IMG/VR virus record: IMGVR_UViG_3300021399_000111
Coordinates: 64,001 to 128,000 of that record
Source of the DNA: a virus
Lineage: Duplodnaviria; Caudoviricetes
Direction: 5' to 3' (one strand)
Length of the DNA stretch: 64,000 bases
Under the pieces are notes generated by a model that searched no databases, was not told the origin of the DNA, and saw only the letters and a list, made by a program, of their open reading frames with translations. Of the stretch, positions 1 through 8,844 are shown one piece after another. The translations under genes were made by a program, and so were the position numbers. Position 1 is the stretch's first letter, and every line of letters starts with the position of its first letter.

Positions 1-628
1 TATCTGCTTGTTCTTGTATTAAAGTTCTTTCTCTTATACCAATTAATCTTCCATGCATATCTCTATGAGGAATAACAATACCTTGATTTTTAGGATCAAA
101 ACAAATTTCATAATACTCCATTACATCTGGAGTTATATTATCTTGAATCCATGGTAAAATTAATGGATGAGGTAAATTTTTTAAAATTGTATCATCATAT
201 TCTTTTAATTCAACAATTTGTGTTTCTAGTTCTATATTTTTAATTCTATCATAATTCTCTATATATTCATTATCTTTACTAATACAATTTTCTTCTTCTT
301 CTATTTGAATAGGATTGTATCCAAAAAATCTTGCTACATAATCTATTGCTTGCGGCAACTGATAATCTATATTTAATTCTCTACTTTTAACTTTCCTTAC
401 TAATTCAAATATATCAAAAGATTCACCGCATTCAGTAAAACAATGAAATAAATGAGAATTATCATAATAATAAAGTTTTTTAGAATTTCCGCCATGACAA
501 ATTGTTTTAGATATTAAAAGATTTTCTTGGAGTTGGGGTTCTCCGCCCAACTCCGCAACAATTTCTTTCACTTGAGTAATATCAAGATTATTTTTAATCG
601 CGTCTTTGTCATACTCATAATTTATCAT
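1..628 (-). CDS. dnaG: DNA primase (N-terminal part; runs off window edge)
   Basis: Not in ORF track; manual translation MINYEYDKDAIKNNLDITQVKEIV...TICHGGNSKKLYYY..HLFHCFTECGESFDIFELV (Zn-binding domain) and VIPHRDMHGRLIGIR; AGGAG RBS; directly downstream of helicase. Confidence 0.85.
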   Translation of the reverse strand, partial: MINYEYDKDAIKNNLDITQVKEIVAELGGEPQLQENLLISKTICHGGNSKKLYYYDNSHLFHCFTECGESFDIFELVRKVKSRELNIDYQLPQAIDYVARFFGYNPIQIEEEENCISKDNEYIENYDRIKNIELETQIVELKEYDDTILKNLPHPLILPWIQDNITPDVMEYYEICFDPKNQGIVIPHRDMHGRLIGIRERTLIQEQAD

Positions 629-667
629 ATCTGAACTAACTCCTAGTTAGCTGTAGTTTAATAAAAA

Positions 668-2206
668 CTAGAAAGCTGATTCTTCCTCTATTTTAATTTT
701 CAAAAGCGGCAAATCAATTACATTATATGCCCAATCAGTTACAAAAATTCCTTCAAAAGAACAAGTACCTGTGTTGGCAACCATCCAGATATAAATTCCT
801 TTTTGCTTATTTCCTCTGTTTTTATATACACTCATTTTAACATTAGGAATAGGCAAATTGTTTTTATTACAAAAAGGAGATATTTTTTCAATGTCTTCTT
901 TTCTAACTTCAAGCATAATTGAACCAAAATCTATTCTATCAGCCATAGCTTTAGAACCTCTTAAAAGATTTTGATCTGGAGTCTCTGATACCTGATAATC
1001 AGAATTTAATTGTGTTGAACTTAATACAAAAACTCCATATTGAATAGCAATCTCTTTTAATTTTGAAGCCAAAAGAAAAAGAATATTATCTTCTCGAAGA
1101 TTCTTAACGCCACTCTTTCCGCCAATTTCAGTTAAAATTTTTGCAGAAGAATGAATATAATCAAAGAAAACATATTGAACTTGATTTTCTCTAATATGCT
1201 TTTTAATCATTGCTTCAATATCTTGCATTGAAAAATCTGGCATGCAAACAAATTGAATTTTACTTTGTTTTAATAAGAATTTTGCTTTTTCAATTCGTTC
1301 CCATTCTCCAGCATAATATTCATGCATTAAGATATGATCTTCTTCAACTCCCGCAAGAAATGCGATTGCAGAGGGTTGTATCTCTTGAAGATCTTGCTCT
1401 GTGGCTATGAATAAAGTAGATTGACGAGCACCTGTAGTTACCCATTTATTCTCTTTAGTATTAAATACTTGTGAACAACCAATATAACAAGCGTCACCTA
1501 TCATAGCACGGGTTTTACCAACATTAGTTGCGGCAGATCTTAAATAAAATTTACCTAATCTTGCTCCTCTTGATACTGTAGTTGTGTATATATCAAATAA
1601 AGGATAACCGACTGCGGGGACCTCGGCAAAAGAATCAATTAACTCATCAATGCCCTCCCCGACCTGGCAACCACATTCTTGCATATCCTCCACATACCGC
1701 ATTTTAATATCATCAATTTTATCATTGATTTTATTATAAATATCAGTAAGGGTTGCCGCATCTAACCAATCTTCTTGCTCTTGTTTTCTTTTAACATTAA
1801 GAATTTCATCTGGATCATAAATCCAAGATAAATCCATGCCCATACTTTCATAAGCCCGCAATAAAGACATTTTCTTCATACGATTATAATAGTAATCAAA
1901 AGTATTGGGATTTGCAATTTCTGCAGCTTTAAGTAAAACAGTCTGACCATTATTAGCTTTAAAATTTGCTAATGCTTTTGGTCTTTGAGTAAGATAATCT
2001 TCTATTGCGGGAAGTGTTATCTCTTTAGCCCCTAATTGCCAAAGATTATATATACAACCAAAAAGAAGTTTATGAAAATCATCATAAAAATCTTCTTCAT
2101 TAAATTTATATTTATCATCATTTTCAAATAATTTAGGATTTTTATATACGCATCCAATCACTTGAATTAAATTGGATATTTCACTATACTTACTACTCTT
2201 CATCAT
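668..2206 (-). CDS. dnaB: Replicative DnaB-like helicase
   Basis: Walker A-like SAATNVGKT, FFDYIH, STQLN, LRGSKAMADRID, KNR motifs. Confidence 0.9.
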   Translation of the reverse strand: MMKSSKYSEISNLIQVIGCVYKNPKLFENDDKYKFNEEDFYDDFHKLLFGCIYNLWQLGAKEITLPAIEDYLTQRPKALANFKANNGQTVLLKAAEIANPNTFDYYYNRMKKMSLLRAYESMGMDLSWIYDPDEILNVKRKQEQEDWLDAATLTDIYNKINDKIDDIKMRYVEDMQECGCQVGEGIDELIDSFAEVPAVGYPLFDIYTTTVSRGARLGKFYLRSAATNVGKTRAMIGDACYIGCSQVFNTKENKWVTTGARQSTLFIATEQDLQEIQPSAIAFLAGVEEDHILMHEYYAGEWERIEKAKFLLKQSKIQFVCMPDFSMQDIEAMIKKHIRENQVQYVFFDYIHSSAKILTEIGGKSGVKNLREDNILFLLASKLKEIAIQYGVFVLSSTQLNSDYQVSETPDQNLLRGSKAMADRIDFGSIMLEVRKEDIEKISPFCNKNNLPIPNVKMSVYKNRGNKQKGIYIWMVANTGTCSFEGIFVTDWAYNVIDLPLLKIKIEEESAF

Positions 2207-2717
2207 CAGAATCTCCTAAATTAAAGAATTGTTGTTTTGTACCTCTATATTGCGGAGGTTTAATTAAAATTTCTTTTATTTTTGACACAAGTGTTTTATT
2301 TTTATTCATTTCTTGTGCCATAAATAAATTATAATAATATTGGTAAGCATCATTATAACAAAATGGGACAATACCAATTCCGCCTTGTCCTTTAACAGGA
2401 TCTTTTGGATTGCCTTTTATATCATAAAAATATATTAATGATTTTAATATGCCTGATAAACTATAATTATTTTCATCTTGATATTTTTTTATTTGTTTAT
2501 TAACCAACGCCCAATTAGTTTTATCTCCAAATAATTCTTTAATATATTCTTTTAATTTTTGTAATTCTGGATCTGCTTCTGGCCCCAACGGGACTAACTC
2601 TCCTTCAGGGTAACATGAATAATGAGCATAGCGGCGAGCGCCATGCCTTACCCCTTGAATTAAATTAGTATCAAATTGTTCGCCACATATAGCACATTTA
2701 ACTAGATGTTTTGCCAT
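2193..2717 (-). CDS. Zn-finger protein beside helicase (possible loader); start revised to MAKHLVKC
   Basis: CxxC...HxxC; AAGGAG RBS before 2717. Confidence 0.55.
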   Translation of the reverse strand: MAKHLVKCAICGEQFDTNLIQGVRHGARRYAHYSCYPEGELVPLGPEADPELQKLKEYIKELFGDKTNWALVNKQIKKYQDENNYSLSGILKSLIYFYDIKGNPKDPVKGQGGIGIVPFCYNDAYQYYYNLFMAQEMNKNKTLVSKIKEILIKPPQYRGTKQQFFNLGDSDDEE

Positions 2718-2865
2718 CCTTGTCCAACTCCTTCCCGCACCAAGGACAATATTTAATACCATAAATTCTATAGTCTGGATCGTCGCATTCAGTTTCTTTT
2801 ATCTGAAAATACCATTCCTTAGTTAAAGGATACCACCAACATTTTGGATGCTGACATTTTTCCAT
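2698..2865 (-). CDS. Small Cys-rich protein, 55 aa (MEKCQHPKC...IKYCPWCGKEL)
   Basis: Manual translation; phage-typical YCPxCG motif; follows promoter and RBS. Confidence 0.65.
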   Translation of the reverse strand: MEKCQHPKCWWYPLTKEWYFQIKETECDDPDYRIYGIKYCPWCGKELDKDGKTSS

Positions 2866-2899
2866 AATTATATTTACCTTTCTATATTATTATACATAT

Positions 2900-2928
2900 A
2901 TTATATCATATTTTTATAAAAAAATCAA
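2900..2928 (-). promoter_or_regulatory. Sigma-A type early promoter (TTGATT-N17-TATAAT, extended -10 TG). Similar copies at e.g. 5147-5175, 24132-24160, 25305-25333, 29041-29069, 30251-30279, 36119-36147, 54202-54230 and many more intergenic sites
   Basis: Recurrent plus-strand pattern attata..(a/t-rich)..aatcaa/tgtcaa with 17-bp spacer. Confidence 0.85.
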
Positions 2929-2954
2929 GGGGAAGACATTTTTATCTTCCCCTT
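2927..2954 (-). terminator. Intrinsic terminator hairpin
   Basis: aaggggaaga...tcttcccctt inverted repeat after the ATPase gene. Confidence 0.7.
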
Positions 2955-2958
2955 AATA

Positions 2959-3987
2959 TTAACCTTTTACGAGATCTTTTAATTCTTCATTAATAAGACT
3001 AATTGCTTCAACCTGATCAATTGTAGCATCTTTAATCTTCTTCCCTTTGCCTAAAAACTTTTCAATAATGTGAGAAATTCTAGGCTGCCAATATTCTGCA
3101 AACTTAACTCCATCTTCTGTCTCTCCTGTCGTATCGGATGAGCCAGGAATATTTGCAACAATATTCATAAATTCTTTCATCAATTCATCAAAATCAAGAG
3201 TTGCAGTAGTATCAAGATGAACATTTTCTCTTTTATCAGTAAAAAGTTCTGCTCCATCTTCTTCCATTTGTTTATCAAGAGCATCTCCAATCGCTTTTAC
3301 AAGATTCTCATAACTAAGATCGATATAATCGGGTGTATATTTAAAGCGAGAACCTGCCTCATATCTTGATGTTCCACGCATAAACATTACAACTTTTTCA
3401 TTACCTTCCGCATCAGGTATTGAACGAGTATAACCTATAATATCACACATTCTAGCGAGAACATTATTAGCGCGCTTATCAAGTGTAGGAACGATTTTAT
3501 TGAATTCAGTTCCATTCTCATTCTTAAAAGTCTTATCTGTTTCATGTGAAATAACAACTAAACCATATCCCATCTGAACAATTTGACGAAGACATTCATC
3601 AAATTCTTTTTCAACAAGACCATATCCTTTACCATATCCAATATCACCGATAGCATCTACATTATTATTTGCACAAATATATTTTACACAATAATCATAT
3701 GCAATATCAGCGGTATCAATAATAATAGTCTCAAATTTTTCTTTCGCTTCATCAGTTTTTAACTGACGAAGAACTTGTCTGAACTCACTCCAAGAATTAA
3801 TAGGAAGCGCCATCGCTCCGGGAATTGCGGAATAACCTTTTTCAAATGCAAGAAGAAAATGCTTAGGGAATTTAACTGCTGTAGTAGTCTTACCAGTTTT
3901 CCATCCGCCATACATAAATACTGAATATCCTCTCATATCGCGGCTTACCTGGTGCGGAGCTACACTAAAAATATCAATACTTGCCAT
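2959..3987 (-). CDS. AAA_24/Sak4-like phage NTP-binding (recombination) protein
   Basis: GGWKTGKTT Walker A, IIIDT Walker B, GYGKGY, ISH motifs; next to SSB. Confidence 0.8.
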   Translation of the reverse strand: MASIDIFSVAPHQVSRDMRGYSVFMYGGWKTGKTTTAVKFPKHFLLAFEKGYSAIPGAMALPINSWSEFRQVLRQLKTDEAKEKFETIIIDTADIAYDYCVKYICANNNVDAIGDIGYGKGYGLVEKEFDECLRQIVQMGYGLVVISHETDKTFKNENGTEFNKIVPTLDKRANNVLARMCDIIGYTRSIPDAEGNEKVVMFMRGTSRYEAGSRFKYTPDYIDLSYENLVKAIGDALDKQMEEDGAELFTDKRENVHLDTTATLDFDELMKEFMNIVANIPGSSDTTGETEDGVKFAEYWQPRISHIIEKFLGKGKKIKDATIDQVEAISLINEELKDLVKG

Positions 3988-4135
3988 ATACTAAAATCTC
4001 CTTTAAAAAAATCTAAGAACATCTTTCATTTTTGAATCTCGACTGTCTGCGCTCCAGCAGACTATGCTTACTTTAATCTAAATAAAAAAGTTAAAAAAGT
4101 GGGGGAGTTTAAAAACTCCCCACTAGAAATTTTAT

Positions 4136-5098
4136 TTAAAAGTTAAATCCACCAAGTTTAGCAGAAGCACTTGCCGCAGCAGTGGGTGTTGCAGCGCCTC
4201 CCGCAGCCTTCTTTGCCTGATACTCATCCTGTCTCTTCTTGACATCTGCGAGATAAACTTCACGATCATTCATAGCCGTCTTAATCTCATCTTCAGTAAT
4301 TCCATTAGTAGCATCACCAATCTCATACATCTTATCTGGTGTAGAGGTTCCAGTGATAACCCACTCTCTTACAGTTCTGGTATATTCCTTAACTGCGGCC
4401 TCACCAAATGCAGACTCTTCTTCTCTCTTGTCAACAATAGTCTGGCTCTGAATATTACCCCAAACCTTAGTGAAAACAAGATTGGAAGGAGAAGCATCAA
4501 GACTAGTAAAATACTTAATTCCGCCTTCATTCTTTACAATAAGCTCAACCGGAAGAAAAGCACCATTAAACTTAAATACGACACCCTTTACAACAAGATA
4601 ATCGTTATTAATATGTCTTTCAGGATCTGCCTCAACGAGACGAGTTCCATTAATAAGCATATCAAATTCAAAAGTATTACGAGTTCCCTCTTCACCAAGC
4701 TTGTTAATAATCTTTACAAATCCGCCTTCATTTCTCTTGGCGGAAACAAGAGTTTCCTCTCCATTTCTATTGCTATAAAAATCATTAAGACCAAGAGCAG
4801 TATCAATATGAACACAAGTTGCATTCTCAAAGCCATCCTTGATAACAGTCTTGCCATTCTCAATGATATTCTTTAAAACATAATAAGTCTCATTTCTGGT
4901 TCCCTTAGAAGTTGTTCCCTTTACAAAAGTAAAATGAACAGTTACAACATTAAGACCCTCATCATCAGTTGCTACATCAATAGATCCAGCAATATAAGGT
5001 GTGCCAGGCATAGTTGACTCAGGTCCACATACCTTCTCTTCAAGGGCAAAATCATGAATTCTTCCTTCAATCTTCTCTTTATTAATTACCTTTCTCAT
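4136..5098 (-). CDS. Probable single-stranded DNA-binding protein
   Basis: Beta-rich body, low-complexity tail ending GGFNF, biased codon usage, replication context. Confidence 0.55.
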   Translation of the reverse strand: MRKVINKEKIEGRIHDFALEEKVCGPESTMPGTPYIAGSIDVATDDEGLNVVTVHFTFVKGTTSKGTRNETYYVLKNIIENGKTVIKDGFENATCVHIDTALGLNDFYSNRNGEETLVSAKRNEGGFVKIINKLGEEGTRNTFEFDMLINGTRLVEADPERHINNDYLVVKGVVFKFNGAFLPVELIVKNEGGIKYFTSLDASPSNLVFTKVWGNIQSQTIVDKREEESAFGEAAVKEYTRTVREWVITGTSTPDKMYEIGDATNGITEDEIKTAMNDREVYLADVKKRQDEYQAKKAAGGAATPTAAASASAKLGGFNF

Positions 5099-5177
5099 TG
5101 TAAATTCCTTTCTTAATAAAATTCTTATTTTTACATCTTATAATTTATTATATCATAATTTTTTAAAGATGTCAATA

Positions 5178-5552
5178 TTATTCTACATCAAGGTTAATAT
5201 CAATACCTTTTTGCGTAAGTGTATATACAACAGGAGATTCTCCAATCTTTTCAACATACCCATCAGATACTAATTTTCTTAAGCCACCTGATGCAGTTCT
5301 TGAGCTGATAGTAAGACCTTCTCCAATATCTTTTGCTTTAAAAAGATTATTGTAATTATCTCTATTGTCCTGCATATACTTCAATACAAGTTTCCCATTC
5401 TCAGTAAATGCGGGCTTGTCCTTGTCTTCAGTCATCTGAAGTCCATTCCAAAAATCAAGTGCATCAGATGAAAGAATTTCTTCCATTTTCTGTCCTGTCT
5501 GATTCTGAATGATACTACTTACTTCATTAATAAACATTTCTTTCTTAGTCAT
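5178..5552 (-). CDS. Winged-HTH DNA-binding protein
   Basis: AKDIGEGLTISSRTASGGLRKLVSDGYVEK. Confidence 0.7.
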   Translation of the reverse strand: MTKKEMFINEVSSIIQNQTGQKMEEILSSDALDFWNGLQMTEDKDKPAFTENGKLVLKYMQDNRDNYNNLFKAKDIGEGLTISSRTASGGLRKLVSDGYVEKIGESPVVYTLTQKGIDINLDVE

Positions 5553-5613
5553 TTGTAACTCCTCTTTAAAAATATAATTTATCTTTTATAATTATATTAT
5601 ATAATAATTTTTA

Positions 5614-6399
5614 TTATTTTTCAAGTGATTGATTATAAAAGAGAAGTTCATCTGCGTATGGAAGTTCTTTACACCAATCCACAAATTGATGCCACTCAGT
5701 AAGTTTATGATTAGAACGCCAATGAATTATATTGCGAAGAACCGCATAATTCGCAGTCCATGTTCTCGTTTGAAGCCATGATTCTGGAAGCCAGCGGATA
5801 AGCTCTTTCCAATATCTTTTATCTTTTGTTTCAAGATATTTTTGACGAAGTGTCTCTAAGAAACTTATAATACCTTGAATTTGAATTAAATATGGATCAT
5901 TTAATTGTTCTATTATATTATTATCGTAATCATCAGTTTCAAAACAATCTAATGTAATAGGTGTGCTGGCTAATTTATGCATTGTGCTAGTTGAGTTAGC
6001 TGTAGTGCCTACCTTGTAAGTATCTAGCTCTTTCCAAAAATATAACGGGGCAGTAATGTCAACAGACACAAAAATTTGACGAAGAAACTTATCATTAGGG
6101 CTTCCCGCTTTTATCATTCTTTGAGCAAGATCCATATCATTTTTCCCAATAAAAGCATATTCAGCAATGTATTTACCCCATTGAAGAATTCCTTTACCAT
6201 ATAACTTATCTCTTTCTTCAAAGATATCTTCAGGATCTTCATTATAAGAATATATTACTTCATTAGCGACTTCCTTTAACCATTCATCGCTCTCTGCAAT
6301 ACCAAAAGCACTATCAGATTTTGCGTAACTTTCCATTGGATGTCTTAATCCACGAAAAGCATTTTCAAAATTATAAACTCCTGTATTTTTAAATTTCAT
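5614..6399 (-). CDS. ThyX-like (FAD-dependent thymidylate synthase fold) protein
   Basis: KFLRQIFVSVDITAPLYFWKELDTY, STMHKL, LP.SW.QTR..TANY..LRNI...R..HKL.EW; canonical RHR motif absent. Confidence 0.6.
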   Translation of the reverse strand: MKFKNTGVYNFENAFRGLRHPMESYAKSDSAFGIAESDEWLKEVANEVIYSYNEDPEDIFEERDKLYGKGILQWGKYIAEYAFIGKNDMDLAQRMIKAGSPNDKFLRQIFVSVDITAPLYFWKELDTYKVGTTANSTSTMHKLASTPITLDCFETDDYDNNIIEQLNDPYLIQIQGIISFLETLRQKYLETKDKRYWKELIRWLPESWLQTRTWTANYAVLRNIIHWRSNHKLTEWHQFVDWCKELPYADELLFYNQSLEK

Positions 6400-7050
6400 T
6401 TATACAAATTCCTCAACTATTTCATCTATAAAACCTTTGTTTATACCATCTTGCGCATCATACCAAATATCCTCACGCTTAATTTCTGCATATTCTTCTG
6501 GAGTAATATTTGTATATTTTAATACAATATTTTTTACTTTTTCTAATAAACGCTTATAAAATTCAGTATAATTTTCAAATTGACCACTTGTTCCACCATT
6601 ACTGGTAGCACCTTCATGGAATAGAAAAGTACTGTTCGGATATGCAAATCTTTTATGACCAGCGATAAAAACAAAAAATCCCCCAGAATATGCACAACCT
6701 ATATTAATAGTATAAACAGGTGTTTTTGAAATTCTAATAGCATCTATAATTGTAAGGGCATCTCTCAAATACCCTCCATTAGAATCAATATAAATTTTAA
6801 TAGGCTTTCTGTCTTCTATAGGAATAGAATTTTTATTATCATAATTATTCCAAAAACGAATATATCCTTCAATAGAAGAACCAGTACCCGCATCAATATC
6901 TCCAAGATATAGTTCTCTATTTAAAGCACTTTGAAGAATAACTATATCTTCAAAACTTTTAGCGTCATCTTTTGTTTTTTTAGCAAGAGAAGATATTAAA
7001 TCATCTACATCATCAATCTCTATTTCATAGGTTTCATCATAATCTGACAT
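6400..7050 (-). CDS. clpP: ClpP-family protease
   Basis: IKIYIDSNGG, catalytic Ser in CAYSGG, His in FLFHEG, GFIDEI end. Confidence 0.85.
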   Translation of the reverse strand: MSDYDETYEIEIDDVDDLISSLAKKTKDDAKSFEDIVILQSALNRELYLGDIDAGTGSSIEGYIRFWNNYDNKNSIPIEDRKPIKIYIDSNGGYLRDALTIIDAIRISKTPVYTINIGCAYSGGFFVFIAGHKRFAYPNSTFLFHEGATSNGGTSGQFENYTEFYKRLLEKVKNIVLKYTNITPEEYAEIKREDIWYDAQDGINKGFIDEIVEEFV

Positions 7051-7057
7051 TTAATTC

Positions 7058-7981
7058 CTACTTTCCAACTCCTCGATTACTATTATATCCATAATCATAA
7101 GAGTTATATAATTCTATATAATATCTTTCTTTTTCATTAAGTTGATCTCTTGGACATTCTTCTAGAACTTCAAAAGAAAAATTCCATAAGCCGAAATCTT
7201 GCATGGCTTTATATAATTTATTCCCCGCGGGAGTGTCTATCCCAAGTCCACATTTTACATGTTCAGTCCAACGATCTTTAATATTAACCGCCTGTCCAAT
7301 ATAACACTCTTTTGTTTTAATATTTGTAATTTTATAAATACCCATTTTATCAGTTGTGCCAATAATATTTGCAACAAGTCCTTTTAAAGGATCTCTAAAC
7401 CAAGTTTGCCAAATTAGCATGCTAAGTACACGAGGTTTATTAAGTGAAGGTTTAAGAGCTTCAAGTTTTGCTATATCTGATTTATCAGCATCTGAAATAT
7501 TAAAACAATAGAAAGAAAGATTATTTTCTATTTCCCTTTCTCTTCGCTGTGCTTCGATTGCGGCGGCCCTGGTAGCACGAAGCTTGTCAAGATCCTCTTG
7601 ATACTCTTGAGTTTCTTGTATTAATTTAAGTTGAAGATTAGAATATGCTGTTTGCATTGCATCTGTATACATATCATATTCTTCTTCTTTTTCTTTATAT
7701 GAATTCTCAAGTACAAGAACATAATGTTCAAATGCTTCTTGAGAAAGTTGTTTTTGATTTTTTAAGGAATCTTTTAATTCTTGCTGAATTGTAGATAAAT
7801 GTTGTTTATCTTTATCAATAGATTGTATTAAATTTTCTTCTTCTAATAATAATCTTTCATTTTCTTGTTTTAAATTATTATTTTCTTCTTTAATTTTATT
7901 ATCAACTTTAATTTTATTTAATAAACAATAAATAGATACAAATACAGCAATTATAGTTATAATAAATAAAAGTGTATTCAT
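7058..7981 (-). CDS. Membrane-anchored coiled-coil protein with C-terminal GIY-YIG nuclease
   Basis: N-terminal TM helix, long E/K/Q coil, GIYKITN...YIGQA..IKDRW..H, GYN. Confidence 0.75.
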   Translation of the reverse strand: MNTLLFIITIIAVFVSIYCLLNKIKVDNKIKEENNNLKQENERLLLEEENLIQSIDKDKQHLSTIQQELKDSLKNQKQLSQEAFEHYVLVLENSYKEKEEEYDMYTDAMQTAYSNLQLKLIQETQEYQEDLDKLRATRAAAIEAQRREREIENNLSFYCFNISDADKSDIAKLEALKPSLNKPRVLSMLIWQTWFRDPLKGLVANIIGTTDKMGIYKITNIKTKECYIGQAVNIKDRWTEHVKCGLGIDTPAGNKLYKAMQDFGLWNFSFEVLEECPRDQLNEKERYYIELYNSYDYGYNSNRGVGK

Positions 7982-8039
7982 AATAATTTAAAATAAAATA
8001 AAAGGGCTAAGTTATAAAACTTAGCCCTTAAAACATTAT

Positions 8040-8348
8040 TTACTCAGCATCGGGCTTAGCTGCAGCTGCGGCATCCTCTGCCTGAGCTGCTGCATGATCA
8101 TAAGCAAGACCCTCGGCGGTAGCCTGGATAAACTTTACGGGCTTATGAGTGCCATCCTCAAGCTCGATCTCTGCAGGAATTCTCTCTGCGTATCCCTTTC
8201 TCTGAAGACCAGAGGTAACGATACCATTAACGCTCTTTGCTTCCATTCCAAGCGCCTCAGCAATATCAGCTGCTGTCATCTGGACGCCCTGATTCTCCTT
8301 AAGGTAATTCAAAACTACTAAACTCTTCTCAGAAACTGCCTTTGCCAT
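8040..8348 (-). CDS. Winged-HTH DNA-binding protein
   Basis: MTAADIAEALGMEAKSVNGIV; highly expressed codon bias. Confidence 0.7.
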   Translation of the reverse strand: MAKAVSEKSLVVLNYLKENQGVQMTAADIAEALGMEAKSVNGIVTSGLQRKGYAERIPAEIELEDGTHKPVKFIQATAEGLAYDHAAAQAEDAAAAAKPDAE

Positions 8349-8443
8349 AACTTTTGTTCTCCTTTTAATAATAAAATAATTTAAAATGTTACTATAAGTG
8401 ATAGATATTCACTTTTTATAATAATTATACTAGGAAGAAGAAT

Positions 8444-8620
8444 TTAATTTGTTAAGTATTTACTCATAATAATTTCATCTATTTCTAACAAATCATTAAT
8501 AGAACATTCAGATACTAAACGCTCAATTTTTTTCATACTTTCTAATATATTATTTTCATTTTGTTGAGATTCAAGTTCTGCTATCTGCTTAGCAATACTT
8601 TGTAATTTTTCTTTATTCAA
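8444..8620 (-). CDS. Small hypothetical protein (58 aa, TTG start)
   Basis: Manual translation MNKEKLQSIAKQIAELE...; AAGGAG RBS after promoter. Confidence 0.55.
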   Translation of the reverse strand: MNKEKLQSIAKQIAELESQQNENNILESMKKIERLVSECSINDLLEIDEIIMSKYLTN

Positions 8621-8844
8621 TTTTATCTATCTCCTTACATTAATAATTATACTAAAAATTTTTATAAAATTCAAGTTAATGCTTCTATATAATGTAAGGA
8701 AATTATAATAATAATGAATACTTATCTCTTATATGAATATATTATACTAAAAATTTTTATAAAATTCAAGTTAAGGTTTCATATAAGTGCGGAAGAAAAA
8801 TGTGGGTATCTCAATATATATAATTTTTACGGGTAGTCAATTAT

